A stretch of DNA of 64,000 nt from contig CP182352.1 in the NCBI GenBank assembly GCA_048571215.1, positions 2,592,001 to 2,656,000 on the forward strand. Reading direction: 5' to 3'. Shown piece after piece: positions 7,392 through 17,558 of this stretch (its first letter is position 1; each line of letters opens with the position of its first letter). The stretch comes from Halarcobacter sp. GTDB lineage: Bacteria; Campylobacterota; Campylobacteria; Campylobacterales; Arcobacteraceae. A program made the translations under genes and the position numbers. The notes beneath the pieces were generated by a model. That model was not told the origin of the DNA. It worked only from the letters and a program-made list of their open reading frames with translations, and made no database searches.

Positions 7392-10122
7392 ACTTTAAAT
7401 CCACCCCATCATCTTTTAAATATATTATGCAAGAGTTTACACTATTTATTTGGTAAATCTCTTTTATAGCTTTTTTATAATGGTTTACTTGAACCTCATG
7501 TTCAATTAACTGCTCTTTTGTTGTTTTATAATCAAAAATATAAATTTGATCCTCTTTTTCAACTAATAAATCTATGATTTTTAACTCATTTTCATATATT
7601 AAAGATTGCTCTTTTTTACAAATGCTATTTTTAACTATATTTTGAAACCTCTCATTTTCTATCAATTTTTTTATTGAACTTTCAATTATAGTAAAATCAC
7701 TTTCATTTAAATATGTGGAATATCTATTTTGAACTAGTTTTAAAGATTTGTCTAAAGAAACTTTGTCAAAACTTGTCATCATCTCCAAACAATAATGGGT
7801 TGCTATTCCATAATATTTTGCATGTAGAGAGTAAGTGTTTTCCTCATCTTTATCCTCTTGTATTGGTTTATCTTGTTTACCTAAATCAACACCTTTGTAT
7901 GTTACTTTTTTTACTTTTTCATATTTTTTATTACTATTTTCACTTTTTATTAAGTTACCAACTTTTGAAGGCTCTAAACCCAAAAGTTCAAAAACAGATT
8001 TTTCACTCTTTTTAAATATAATCATATTATTTTTAGCTCTTGTCAATCCCACATATAAAATATTTAGTTCATCTTCTAAGGCTAAGCTTTTCTCTTTTTC
8101 TAAAGCATTTTTGTAGTTTTCATCATAATTTTCTAAATTTGAAATTTTATAATAGATATTTTTCAACTCTATATTATCATACTCAAAAAGTAAGGGATCT
8201 TTATTTGCCATTTTTTGTTTTATTCTATCCATTAGAATAACTGTATGAAACTCCAAACCTTTTGATTTAAATACTGTTAATATCTGTAAACCAAATTGTT
8301 CTTGGTTTTGCATTGTAGCTTCAAGCTTATCTATTTCATATACAAAATCAACAATATTTTTAAAACCACTTAAATTTTCTATTAGTTTTATAACATTATC
8401 ATCTAAAATATTTAATTGTTTTGCAATATTTAATACAACTTCATTTAGTTGTAGTTTTTTTATATCTACTTTTAAATCAATCTCACTTAAAGGTTCTCTT
8501 CCTAATATAGCATTTAAATTCTCTTTATAAATCTCTTCATCAAAATATAAATATTTAACAGCATTTATAACCCCATTTACATTCTCTTGATTTATAAGTT
8601 TAGAGGTCATCTCTGTTGTTATTTTCAAAGAGGGAAACATCACTTTCAAATATGAATATATTTCCAAAACATCATCATTTGTATAGGTAAGGATTGAAAT
8701 ATCATCACTATCAACCCCATCTTGTAAAAGTTGTGCAATCTTTTTTGCTAGATTTTTATATCTATCTTCACTTTCACTTATACTCTCATCTTCAAAAACC
8801 TCTACATATCCCCCATCTTTTATAGTTAGTTGATTATGATATTCATAGTTTGGTATTTTATTAAAAGATTCATTTACAAAATTTATAATATTTTCACATG
8901 ACCTATAATTTGTGTTTAATACTTCTACACTAAGCTGTTCATATCTATTTGCCAAATAATCAAAGAGTTCCCTTTTCCCACCTCTAAATCTATATATGGA
9001 TTGTTTAGTATCTCCCACGTAAAAAAAAGTTTGAAATTTATCATTTTTACTTGCTATTATCTCCTCTATTAAAGGTTCTAATATCTTATATTGTAAAAGT
9101 GAAGTATCTTGGAACTCATCCATTAATATATGAGAATACTTTGTATCTAATCTAAAATATAAAAAATCTTTATCAATTTTAGTGCTTAAAAGTTCATATG
9201 TTAAGTTAGATATATCACTAAAGGTTAGATAGTTTTTTGATTTATTATAATTAAATTTAAAATTTTTATACAAAGTATATAGGTGATTTAATCTACCAAG
9301 GGTAAATCCTTGTCTAAGTTTATAATATATGGCAATTTGTTCTTTTAAAAAAGAGAAATACTCTTCTAAAAGTTCATTTGAACACTTTTTAAAATACTTA
9401 TGGGAACTCATAGTTTCATAATTTAACCAATTTTTAGAGATAAGCTCATCAAAATTATCAAACTCAACACTTTTTTTAACAGCATTTGAAGCAACAGGAC
9501 AATTAAAAATAAACTCTTTTATTTTATATGCATTCTTTAAGACCTCATCTTTTTGAATAGCAATTAAACTTGCATCAATATTTAAAGGTTTTATCTCTTC
9601 ATATTTTTCATAAAGATTAGAAAAAATCTCAAAAATAGAGTTATACTTTTTATTCTCATGGAGACTAAACTCTAAAAGTTTATCAAAATCATCAAGCTCT
9701 AATTTTTGTAAAAAATTTGAACTTAATTTTTCTATATCATCATTTTTAATCTCAAAATCATCAGAGAGACCAATATATCCACAAAATTCCCTTAAAATTT
9801 TATTTACAAATTTATCAATTGTAAAAATACTTAAATTTGAATCTATAAATTGTTCAAGTAAATACTCTTTTTTTTCTAATATTTTTTCACTACTAAAGTT
9901 TGTAAGTTCTGAAATTTGTTTTAAATAATTTTTATCTTCCCCTAAATGGATTAATGTATTATGTATTCTTTCACTCATCTCATTTGCTGCTTTATTAGTA
10001 AATGTTAGGGTCAATATCTCATTTGGTTTTGCACCAAATAAAAGTAAAGATATGTAACGTACCGTTAAAGCAAAGGTTTTTCCACTTCCTGCGCTTGCTT
10101 TTAATGCTAAATAATTTTCCAT
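7384..10122 (-). CDS. addA: RecB-like helicase-nuclease AddA
   Basis: Walker A ASAGSGKT, TFTNKAA, DEFQDTS, VGDTKQSIYRFRGG, KSKGLEF, LYVGLTRA, C-terminal IDLL...DYKT nuclease; start taken at MENYL. Confidence 0.92.
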   Translation of the reverse strand: MENYLALKASAGSGKTFALTVRYISLLLFGAKPNEILTLTFTNKAANEMSERIHNTLIHLGEDKNYLKQISELTNFSSEKILEKKEYLLEQFIDSNLSIFTIDKFVNKILREFCGYIGLSDDFEIKNDDIEKLSSNFLQKLELDDFDKLLEFSLHENKKYNSIFEIFSNLYEKYEEIKPLNIDASLIAIQKDEVLKNAYKIKEFIFNCPVASNAVKKSVEFDNFDELISKNWLNYETMSSHKYFKKCSNELLEEYFSFLKEQIAIYYKLRQGFTLGRLNHLYTLYKNFKFNYNKSKNYLTFSDISNLTYELLSTKIDKDFLYFRLDTKYSHILMDEFQDTSLLQYKILEPLIEEIIASKNDKFQTFFYVGDTKQSIYRFRGGKRELFDYLANRYEQLSVEVLNTNYRSCENIINFVNESFNKIPNYEYHNQLTIKDGGYVEVFEDESISESEDRYKNLAKKIAQLLQDGVDSDDISILTYTNDDVLEIYSYLKVMFPSLKITTEMTSKLINQENVNGVINAVKYLYFDEEIYKENLNAILGREPLSEIDLKVDIKKLQLNEVVLNIAKQLNILDDNVIKLIENLSGFKNIVDFVYEIDKLEATMQNQEQFGLQILTVFKSKGLEFHTVILMDRIKQKMANKDPLLFEYDNIELKNIYYKISNLENYDENYKNALEKEKSLALEDELNILYVGLTRAKNNMIIFKKSEKSVFELLGLEPSKVGNLIKSENSNKKYEKVKKVTYKGVDLGKQDKPIQEDKDEENTYSLHAKYYGIATHYCLEMMTSFDKVSLDKSLKLVQNRYSTYLNESDFTIIESSIKKLIENERFQNIVKNSICKKEQSLIYENELKIIDLLVEKEDQIYIFDYKTTKEQLIEHEVQVNHYKKAIKEIYQINSVNSCIIYLKDDGVDLKFI

Positions 10123-10259
10123 AGGCAATTGTACAATAAGCAAGATTAAGCTACATAAATGTAAATTTATCTTAAAATTAATTGAGAAAATAAATTAATT
10201 ATAATAATTAAGAAAAATAATGATAAAATCTTTTTTAATATTATATGAAGGCAAAAAAA

Positions 10260-12101
10260 ATGGGTTCAAAACGGAAAATTTCACTTTCACTGTTCTTAGT
10301 AATGGCTATTATGTTTATTATTCTTATTGCCAATATCTTAATGAATTTTCGTGATTATGGATTAAAGAGTGTTGAGAATAAGGCTAAGGCAATTGCACAA
10401 ACTGTAAAACATAGTTTAACCTCTCATATGGTTAATGGAGTAATTGATAATAGGGAATTATTTTTAGAACAAATTTCAAATCTAGAAAATATAGATGAAA
10501 TTTGGTTATCAAGAGCTCCTGCTATAATCGAACAGTTTGGAAAAGGGAATAATAATGAAGTTGCCAGAGATAAAATTGATGAAGAGGTTCTACACACGGG
10601 ACATGAAAAAGCTGTAGTTGAAGAGAGAATCTTTGGTAAAAGTTCATATAGAATCACAATTCCATATATTGGTTCATCAGAAGGAACAATAGACTGTTTA
10701 TCATGTCATACAACTGCTAAGCCTGGAGATACACTTGGAGCTATTACTATTACCATGTCAGTTGATGATATTAAAGAGGTTGGTATGGTTACAGTTGGTA
10801 ATACAATTGTAATTGCTTTAGTTCTAATCATTTTCATACTACTTTTTGTAAATAAATTAATTTCACCATTTTTAGTACTATTTGAGTCAATCAATAGAGT
10901 TATGGAGAAAGCACAAAAAGGTGACTACTCTGATAGAATTGGTCAAACTGATGGGAAACATAGTGATGCTGTCGCAACATGGATTGATAGTCTATTGGAA
11001 AAACTTCAAACTACTCTTGATGATATTGAACAAAAAATTAGTGTATTTTTAGTACATCAAAAAAGTCAAAGAACTGATCCATTAATAGATGTTAAATCTA
11101 CAGTAAATAGACTTGCTGATATTTACAGATTTAGAAAAACTATAGAACATGATGAGCATATAAATGAGGTTTATGAAAGACTAGCTTACATTTTAAGGGA
11201 AAAATTCCAACTAAAAGATTTTAATTTTATTGAAGCTGATACTACCCACAAAAATGTAAAAATTGTTTATAAAGAGAAAGAGATTCATTGTAATGCACAA
11301 GATGGATGTAGAGCAGATAGAACAAATACAATAGTAAACTCATGCCAATTTCATCATATGTGTGATAAATTTGAACATGATACAAATAAACTTTATCTTT
11401 GTATCCCTTACTCTATCTCTAATGATTTAGACTTTATTGTTTCTATTGTTAGTGATACAAAAGAGGATCATGAAAGAGTACTTACTTTATTGCCATCAGT
11501 TCAAGACTACATAGATACTGCAAAACCAGAGATTGTAAGTAAAAAGCTAATGCATATGTTAGAACTTACTGCAAGAACTGACCCTTTAACTGGTTTATTT
11601 AATAGAAAATATTTAGAAGAATCAGTTAAAACTATAGTATCTCAAGCAAAACGTTCTAAAACTACATATGGAATACTTATGGCAGATATTGATTATTTTA
11701 AAATGATTAATGATACCTATGGACATGATGTTGGTGATGAAGCTATTAAGATAATTTCACAAACACTTATTGAAAATGTTAGGGAATCTGATATAGTAGT
11801 AAGGTTTGGTGGAGAAGAGTTCATTGTCTTACTTTATAATTGTGATGAAGAGTATATTTTAGAAGTTGCAGAAAAAATTAGAATTGCCTTTTCTAAAAAA
11901 GAGATTCCAGCAGGAACTACAACTTTTAATAAAACGATTAGTATAGGTGCTTCTATTTTTCCAACACATACAGATAACTTCTGGCAATGTTTAAAATATG
12001 CTGACTTAGCACTATACCATGCTAAAGAAAATGGTAGAAATAAATCAGTAATATTTTCTAAAGATATTTTAAAAGAAAGTGATTTAGGTGATGAGTATTA
12101 A
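10260..12101 (+). CDS. Membrane diguanylate cyclase with periplasmic CxxCH (heme c) sensor, HAMP-like linker and GAF-like domain
   Basis: Two TM segments flank CLSCH; DPLTGLFNR, DIDYFKMIND, RESD I-site and GGEEF active site. ATG at 10260 follows AAGG (alternative start 10245). Confidence 0.9.
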   Translation: MGSKRKISLSLFLVMAIMFIILIANILMNFRDYGLKSVENKAKAIAQTVKHSLTSHMVNGVIDNRELFLEQISNLENIDEIWLSRAPAIIEQFGKGNNNEVARDKIDEEVLHTGHEKAVVEERIFGKSSYRITIPYIGSSEGTIDCLSCHTTAKPGDTLGAITITMSVDDIKEVGMVTVGNTIVIALVLIIFILLFVNKLISPFLVLFESINRVMEKAQKGDYSDRIGQTDGKHSDAVATWIDSLLEKLQTTLDDIEQKISVFLVHQKSQRTDPLIDVKSTVNRLADIYRFRKTIEHDEHINEVYERLAYILREKFQLKDFNFIEADTTHKNVKIVYKEKEIHCNAQDGCRADRTNTIVNSCQFHHMCDKFEHDTNKLYLCIPYSISNDLDFIVSIVSDTKEDHERVLTLLPSVQDYIDTAKPEIVSKKLMHMLELTARTDPLTGLFNRKYLEESVKTIVSQAKRSKTTYGILMADIDYFKMINDTYGHDVGDEAIKIISQTLIENVRESDIVVRFGGEEFIVLLYNCDEEYILEVAEKIRIAFSKKEIPAGTTTFNKTISIGASIFPTHTDNFWQCLKYADLALYHAKENGRNKSVIFSKDILKESDLGDEY

Positions 12102-12252
12102 TACTCCTCCCTACTTCATTTTAAGTTTTTCCTTTATATAAAATTTTCAAATCGAACTTCTTCTAATCTCTATTATTTAATAAATAAGCAATTTTTGAGT
12201 ATAATGCACAACTTAATAAAAATTGAATACTTAAAAAAAGGTCAAAAAACCT

Positions 12253-13158
12253 ATGCAAAAAAAACTACATAAAGTACAAACCCTCTTAGATGCTATACCA
12301 TACATAAAAAAATTTTATGGGAAAACAATTGTTATAAAATATGGGGGTTCAGCACAAACTAGTCCTGAACTAAAAGAGAAATTTGCAGAAGATATAGTAC
12401 TTCTTTCCCTTGTTGGAATTAAACCTGTAATTGTACATGGTGGAGGTTCTAGAATAACAGAACTTCTAAGTAAACTAAATATCCCTTCAAAGTTTGTAGA
12501 TGGGCATAGAGTTACTTGTGAAGATAGTATGAGAGTTGTAGAAATGGTTCTTAGTGGTGAAATCAACAAAAATATAACTTCACTTTTAAATCATCATGGG
12601 GCAAAAGCGATTGGTATATCAGGAAAAGACTCAGCTATTATAAAAGCTATACCAAAAGATAATGGAAAGTTTGGATATACAGGTGTAATAACTGAAATTA
12701 ATGGAGGGATGATTAATAACCTTATCAAAGAGGGATTTATTCCTGTTATAGCTCCAATAGCAGACAGTGCTGAACCTAATCATCCTGGCTTTAATATAAA
12801 TGCAGATGTGGCAGCTTCAAAAATCGCAAGTGCAGTGGGAGCACAAAAAGTACTATTTTTAACTGATACTGTTGGGGTATTAGATAAAGAGGGAAATCTT
12901 CTAAATTCACTAGATAAAGAGGATGTAGAAAAATACAAAAATGATGAAACAATTGCAGGTGGAATGATACCAAAAGTTGATTCATGTATAGATGCAATTT
13001 ATAATGGCGTAAACAAAGCACATATTATAGATGGTAGAGTTGAACACTCAATTTTATTAGAACTATTCACAAGTGATGGTGTTGGCACTCAATTTTTAAG
13101 AAAAGACAATCCAAACAATGGAATAGATTTTGAAAAGTTATTAAAAGATAATGTATAA
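12253..13158 (+). CDS. argB: Acetylglutamate kinase
   Basis: VIKYGG, VHGGG, NINAD, GGMIPKV, HSILLELFT. Confidence 0.96.
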   Translation: MQKKLHKVQTLLDAIPYIKKFYGKTIVIKYGGSAQTSPELKEKFAEDIVLLSLVGIKPVIVHGGGSRITELLSKLNIPSKFVDGHRVTCEDSMRVVEMVLSGEINKNITSLLNHHGAKAIGISGKDSAIIKAIPKDNGKFGYTGVITEINGGMINNLIKEGFIPVIAPIADSAEPNHPGFNINADVAASKIASAVGAQKVLFLTDTVGVLDKEGNLLNSLDKEDVEKYKNDETIAGGMIPKVDSCIDAIYNGVNKAHIIDGRVEHSILLELFTSDGVGTQFLRKDNPNNGIDFEKLLKDNV

Positions 13159-13243
13159 AAAAAGATACATTTTAGTGTAATTGCTTCATTTTAAAGAGGC
13201 TAAATATAAACTCCCTTGAAAGGGATTATTTTTAAGGATATAT

Positions 13244-14722
13244 ATGAATTTTATTGAAACAAGAGGAAATGATGGAATAAAAAGTTCTGAAGTAACATTT
13301 AGTGAAGCTATACTAAACCCTAGTGCTTCATTTGGTGGTCTTTATGTTCCAAAACATCTACCTAAGCTAGAAGAGAACTTTATACAAAACCACATAGATA
13401 AAAACTACAAAGAGTTAGCTTTTGATATATTAAAAGCCTTTGAAATTGATATAAGCCAAGAGGAGATAAACAAAGCTTTATCTTTATATGATAATTTTGA
13501 TAATCCACAAAACCCTTGTCCCGTTGTAAAAGTAAAAGAGGATTTATTTGTTCATGAACAATACCATGGACCTACACGTGCCTTTAAGGATATGGCACTT
13601 CAACCCTTTGGTTCAATATTAAGCTCTATTGCAAAAAAAAGAGATGAACACTATCTTATCTTAGCTGCAACTTCGGGAGACACAGGTCCTGCTGCACTTA
13701 ATACTTTTAAAAATAAAGACAATATTCAAGTTGCTTGTTTATATCCAGATGGAGGGACAAGTGATGTGCAAAAACTACAAATGGTTTGTGAAGATGGGAA
13801 AAACTTAAAAGTATTAGGTATACATGGCAATTTTGATGATGCTCAATCAGCATTAAAAAACTTACTTTCATCTGAAACATTTAAAAAAGAATTAGAAAAT
13901 GATGGAATAAAACTAAGTGCTGCAAACTCTGTAAACTTTGGTAGAATTATATTTCAAATCATCTACCATTTCTGGTCATATATTCAACTTCTAAAGCAAG
14001 AAGAAATTAAATATGGTGAAAAAATATACTTAGTTGTTCCTAGTGGAAACTTTGGTAATGTCTTAGGTGGTTTTTATGCAATGCAAATGGGAGTACCTAT
14101 TGAAAAACTTCTTGTTGCATCAAATGAAAATGATATCTTAACTCAATGGATAAATACAGGTATATATGATATTAGAGATAAAGAACTTAAACTTACAAAA
14201 TCTCCTGCAATGGATATTTTAAAATCTTCAAATATAGAAAGAGTTTTATACTCACTATATGGAGCAAGTAGAACAAAAGAGTTTATGGAAGATTTAAATG
14301 ATAAAAAAATCTTCACTATGAATAAAGAGGAAACACTTAAACTTAAAAAATATTTTAGTGCAATTAATTCAGATGATGCGTATGGTGCAAAAACCATCAA
14401 GAACTTTTTAGATGCAGGATATTTGATGGATCCACATACTGCAACTTGCATAAAAGCCTATGAAAATTTAAAAGAAAAAAACTTAAAAACAGTTATCTAC
14501 TCAACAGCAGAATGGACAAAATTTTCACCAACTGTATTAAATGCTTTAAATGAAGATAAGATAAAATATGCCGACAAAGAGGCACTTGAAGTGATTTCAA
14601 GTAAATATAATGTTACTCTTCCAGAAACAATTAAAGATCTATTTACATCACAAATCAATCACAATAGTATAATTAATAAAAAAGATATAGAATCTGAAAT
14701 CGTAAAATTTATTAGAGGCTAA
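13244..14722 (+). CDS. thrC: Threonine synthase
   Basis: GGLYVP, HGPTRAFKDMAL, ATSGDTGPAA, SAANSVNFGR, VPSGNFGN, DPHTA. Confidence 0.95.
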   Translation: MNFIETRGNDGIKSSEVTFSEAILNPSASFGGLYVPKHLPKLEENFIQNHIDKNYKELAFDILKAFEIDISQEEINKALSLYDNFDNPQNPCPVVKVKEDLFVHEQYHGPTRAFKDMALQPFGSILSSIAKKRDEHYLILAATSGDTGPAALNTFKNKDNIQVACLYPDGGTSDVQKLQMVCEDGKNLKVLGIHGNFDDAQSALKNLLSSETFKKELENDGIKLSAANSVNFGRIIFQIIYHFWSYIQLLKQEEIKYGEKIYLVVPSGNFGNVLGGFYAMQMGVPIEKLLVASNENDILTQWINTGIYDIRDKELKLTKSPAMDILKSSNIERVLYSLYGASRTKEFMEDLNDKKIFTMNKEETLKLKKYFSAINSDDAYGAKTIKNFLDAGYLMDPHTATCIKAYENLKEKNLKTVIYSTAEWTKFSPTVLNALNEDKIKYADKEALEVISSKYNVTLPETIKDLFTSQINHNSIINKKDIESEIVKFIRG

Positions 14723-14733
14723 GCCTCTAATAA
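14709..14733 (+). terminator. Hairpin spanning the thrC stop codon
   Basis: ttattagaggc-taa-gcctctaataa perfect inverted repeat; no T tract. Confidence 0.5.
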
Positions 14734-14840
14734 TAAAACCTATACATAATATTGTCTATTTTATGTGTAGATTAATCACACCCTTGTTACAAATCGTCAC
14801 AAAACCATAGCAAATTAATAGCATTTAAGTAAATTTAGAC

Positions 14841-14846
14841 TATAAT
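14841..14846 (+). promoter_or_regulatory. Sigma70 -10 box of petABC
   Basis: TATAAT 32 nt before the petA ATG, preceded by periodic TTTAAG/AT-rich sequence typical of Campylobacterota promoters. Confidence 0.6.
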
Positions 14847-14878
14847 GTAAAGATTTAAATTTAAAATAAGGAAGCTAA

Positions 14879-15379
14879 ATGTCTAACGATACAAATAGAC
14901 GAGATTTTCTAGGTTATACATTTGCAGCTGTTGCAGCAGTTGGTGGAGCGGCCTCTCTTGTTGGGATGAAACAAGTTTGGGATCCATTACCAAGTGTATT
15001 AGCTGGGGGATTTACAACAATTGAACTTAGCGCAATTAAAGCTGGAGAACCGGAAACATTTTCATGGAGAGGTAAGCCGATTTTTATACTAAAGAAAACG
15101 GCAGAGATGAAAGATAACAAAAGAGACTTAATAGTTGATGGTGCTAGATTTACAGTTGCTATTGGTTTATGTACACACCTTGGTTGTATTCCTGCATGGA
15201 AAAAAACCAAATGGAAATGTGCATGTCACGGTGGGGAATTTAACCCAAGTGCAGAAAATATTTTTGGTCCTCCTCCAAGACCACTTGATTTACCTCCATT
15301 TAAAGTTCATGGAACTTCTATTGTATTAGGTGAAGAAGGTCCTGAATATAAAAAAATTGCTGCGGCAATGAAAGCATAA
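14879..15379 (+). CDS. petA: Ubiquinol-cytochrome c reductase Rieske Fe-S subunit
   Basis: Tat motif NRRDFL, CTHLGC and CACHGG Rieske motifs, GPPPRPL. Confidence 0.97.
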   Translation: MSNDTNRRDFLGYTFAAVAAVGGAASLVGMKQVWDPLPSVLAGGFTTIELSAIKAGEPETFSWRGKPIFILKKTAEMKDNKRDLIVDGARFTVAIGLCTHLGCIPAWKKTKWKCACHGGEFNPSAENIFGPPPRPLDLPPFKVHGTSIVLGEEGPEYKKIAAAMKA

Positions 15380-15389
15380 GGAGTAGAGT

Positions 15390-16637
15390 ATGGCAAAAAT
15401 TGAAAAAGCTAACTCTGTAGGAGAGTGGTTCGACCAAAGACTTAATATTACAGCTCTTAATAAAGTTATGATGACTGAATATTGGATTCCAAAAAATATC
15501 AACTTCTTATGGGCAATGGGGGTTTTACTAGCAGTAACTTTTACAATCTTAGTAATCTCTGGTATGTTCTTAATGATGTACTACAAACCAGATGTAAATT
15601 TAGCATTTGATTCTGTTAACTACACAATTATGCAAGAGGTTAGATTTGGTTGGTTGTTTAGACATATGCATGGAGTTGCAGCTTCAGTTGTATTCTTAAT
15701 TATATATATCCATATGTTTACGGGAATCTATTATGGTTCTTACAAAAGAGGTAGAGAGATGATCTGGATCTCTGGGATGTTACTATTTATGACATTTAGT
15801 GCAGCTGGATTTTCTGGATATATGTTACCATGGGGACAAATGTCTTATTGGGCAGCAATGGTTATTACAAACCTTTTTGGTGGTATCCCATTTATTGGTG
15901 ATTCTTTAGTTGTATGGATTAGAGGTGACTTTAATGTTGCTGATGCAACTTTAACAAGATTCTTTATGTTACATGTATTCTTATTACCTGTAGTTATTAT
16001 GGGTCTTATTGGTTTACACTTCTATACTTTAAGAATCCCTCACGTAAATAATCAAGATTCAGATGAGATTGATTTTGATGTTGAAGCTGAAAAGTATTTA
16101 AGTGGAAATAAAAAAGAATCAAAAGTTATCCCTTTCTGGCCAATATTTATTTCAAAAGATTTAGCAGTTCTAGGTATTTTCTTAATATTCTATTTTTACT
16201 TAGTATTTTTCCATTATAACTTTGCTATGGACCCAGTTAACTTTGATCCTGCAGACAATATGGTTACACCTGCACATATTTATCCTGAGTGGTATTTCTT
16301 ATGGTCATATGAAGTATTAAGAGGTTTCTTCTTTGATATTGCTGGAGTAAAAGCCTTTGATATTGGTTTAGCAGCATTTGGTTTTGCTAATGTAATTTTC
16401 TTATTATTACCATTTTTAGATAGAGATCCTGCAATTTTACCTGCTCATAAAAGACCAGTTTTCTTTGTATGGTTTTGGATTATGCTTATTGACTTAATTG
16501 TATTAACAGTTTATGGTAAATTACCTCCAACAGGAGCTAATGCATGGGTTGGATTCTTTGCTGCAGTAGCATTTATTTTAATCTTTGTATCATTACCAAT
16601 AGTTTCTAAAATTGATGCAAAAAGAAGAGGTGTATAA
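15390..16637 (+). CDS. petB: Cytochrome b of the bc1 complex
   Basis: GWLFRHMH, GYMLPWGQMSYWA, TLTRFF, PEWY. Confidence 0.97.
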   Translation: MAKIEKANSVGEWFDQRLNITALNKVMMTEYWIPKNINFLWAMGVLLAVTFTILVISGMFLMMYYKPDVNLAFDSVNYTIMQEVRFGWLFRHMHGVAASVVFLIIYIHMFTGIYYGSYKRGREMIWISGMLLFMTFSAAGFSGYMLPWGQMSYWAAMVITNLFGGIPFIGDSLVVWIRGDFNVADATLTRFFMLHVFLLPVVIMGLIGLHFYTLRIPHVNNQDSDEIDFDVEAEKYLSGNKKESKVIPFWPIFISKDLAVLGIFLIFYFYLVFFHYNFAMDPVNFDPADNMVTPAHIYPEWYFLWSYEVLRGFFFDIAGVKAFDIGLAAFGFANVIFLLLPFLDRDPAILPAHKRPVFFVWFWIMLIDLIVLTVYGKLPPTGANAWVGFFAAVAFILIFVSLPIVSKIDAKRRGV

Positions 16638-17509
16638 TGAAAGAATTAAAAATATTAGCAGTTGTAGTAGTATTTACATTAATTACATATATTGGTGTTG
16701 AACCTTATGCTCATATGAAAATGCATCCACATGTTGAAGCACCTGATTACACTTTTAAAGATGTTGATGGTTTAAATGGTTTAAAAGGAAATGCTGAAAA
16801 TGGTGCTACCTTAGTACAAACAAATTGTACTGCTTGTCACTCAATTGAAAAAGCTGGTTTCCCACCTGTAATGGATGACGCAAGTGCAGCAGCAGCATAC
16901 GGGGTTGTTCCACCTGATTTAAGTACAGCTGGAAAATTATACAATGCTGACTACTTAGCTGCATTCATTAAAGACCCTGCAACAGCATCAAATGTTTCAC
17001 ATAAATTTGTAGATGGTAGAGTTCATCCAATGCCTTCATATAACTGGATGCAACCTCAAGAGATTGCAGATATGGTTGCATATTTACAATCAATTGCTCC
17101 AAAAGAGATGACTGCAAAAGAAACATTTACTGATGCGTGTCAAAGATGTCACTCAATTAAATATGGAGATATGAAAGGTGGTTCAATGAACGCAAAAACA
17201 CCTGTTGAAAATATCAAAGCATATATGGGAAAAATTCCACCAGATTTATCTCAATATATTAGATCAAGAGGTGAAGAATATCTTCATGAATTTATTAATA
17301 ACCCACAAAAACACCTTGAAGGTACAGCAATGCCTAGAGTTGGTTTGACATTAGAAGCTGAAAATAAAGTGATTGAATATATGGAAGAAGTTGGTGATTC
17401 TAAAAAAGCTGAAAGAGAAGCCTTAGGACCTAAATTCTTAATTTATCTAGTTATTTTTGCTATCTTCGCATGGTTATGGAAAGCTAGTAAATGGAGAGAT
17501 GTTCACTAA
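16637..17509 (+). CDS. petC: Diheme cytochrome c1
   Basis: Two CxxCH motifs (CTACH, CQRCH), PPDLS twice, GTAMPRVGL, C-terminal TM; follows petB. Confidence 0.95.
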   Translation: MKELKILAVVVVFTLITYIGVEPYAHMKMHPHVEAPDYTFKDVDGLNGLKGNAENGATLVQTNCTACHSIEKAGFPPVMDDASAAAAYGVVPPDLSTAGKLYNADYLAAFIKDPATASNVSHKFVDGRVHPMPSYNWMQPQEIADMVAYLQSIAPKEMTAKETFTDACQRCHSIKYGDMKGGSMNAKTPVENIKAYMGKIPPDLSQYIRSRGEEYLHEFINNPQKHLEGTAMPRVGLTLEAENKVIEYMEEVGDSKKAEREALGPKFLIYLVIFAIFAWLWKASKWRDVH

Positions 17510-17519
17510 GAACATCTCT
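17495..17519 (+). terminator. Hairpin at the petC stop
   Basis: agagatgttc-actaa-gaacatctct perfect inverted repeat. Confidence 0.5.
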
Positions 17520-17558
17520 AATTTTAATTAATTAGATAATACTAATAAGGGGAATAAA

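Noticed and set aside
13159..13243. Thr attenuator upstream of thrC
   Set aside because: Only short hairpins (e.g. TCCCT-TGAA-AGGGA); no Thr/Ile-rich leader peptide and no U-tract terminator.
16637..17509. Two heme motifs in cytochrome c1
   Set aside because: Diheme PetC is already known for Campylobacterota.
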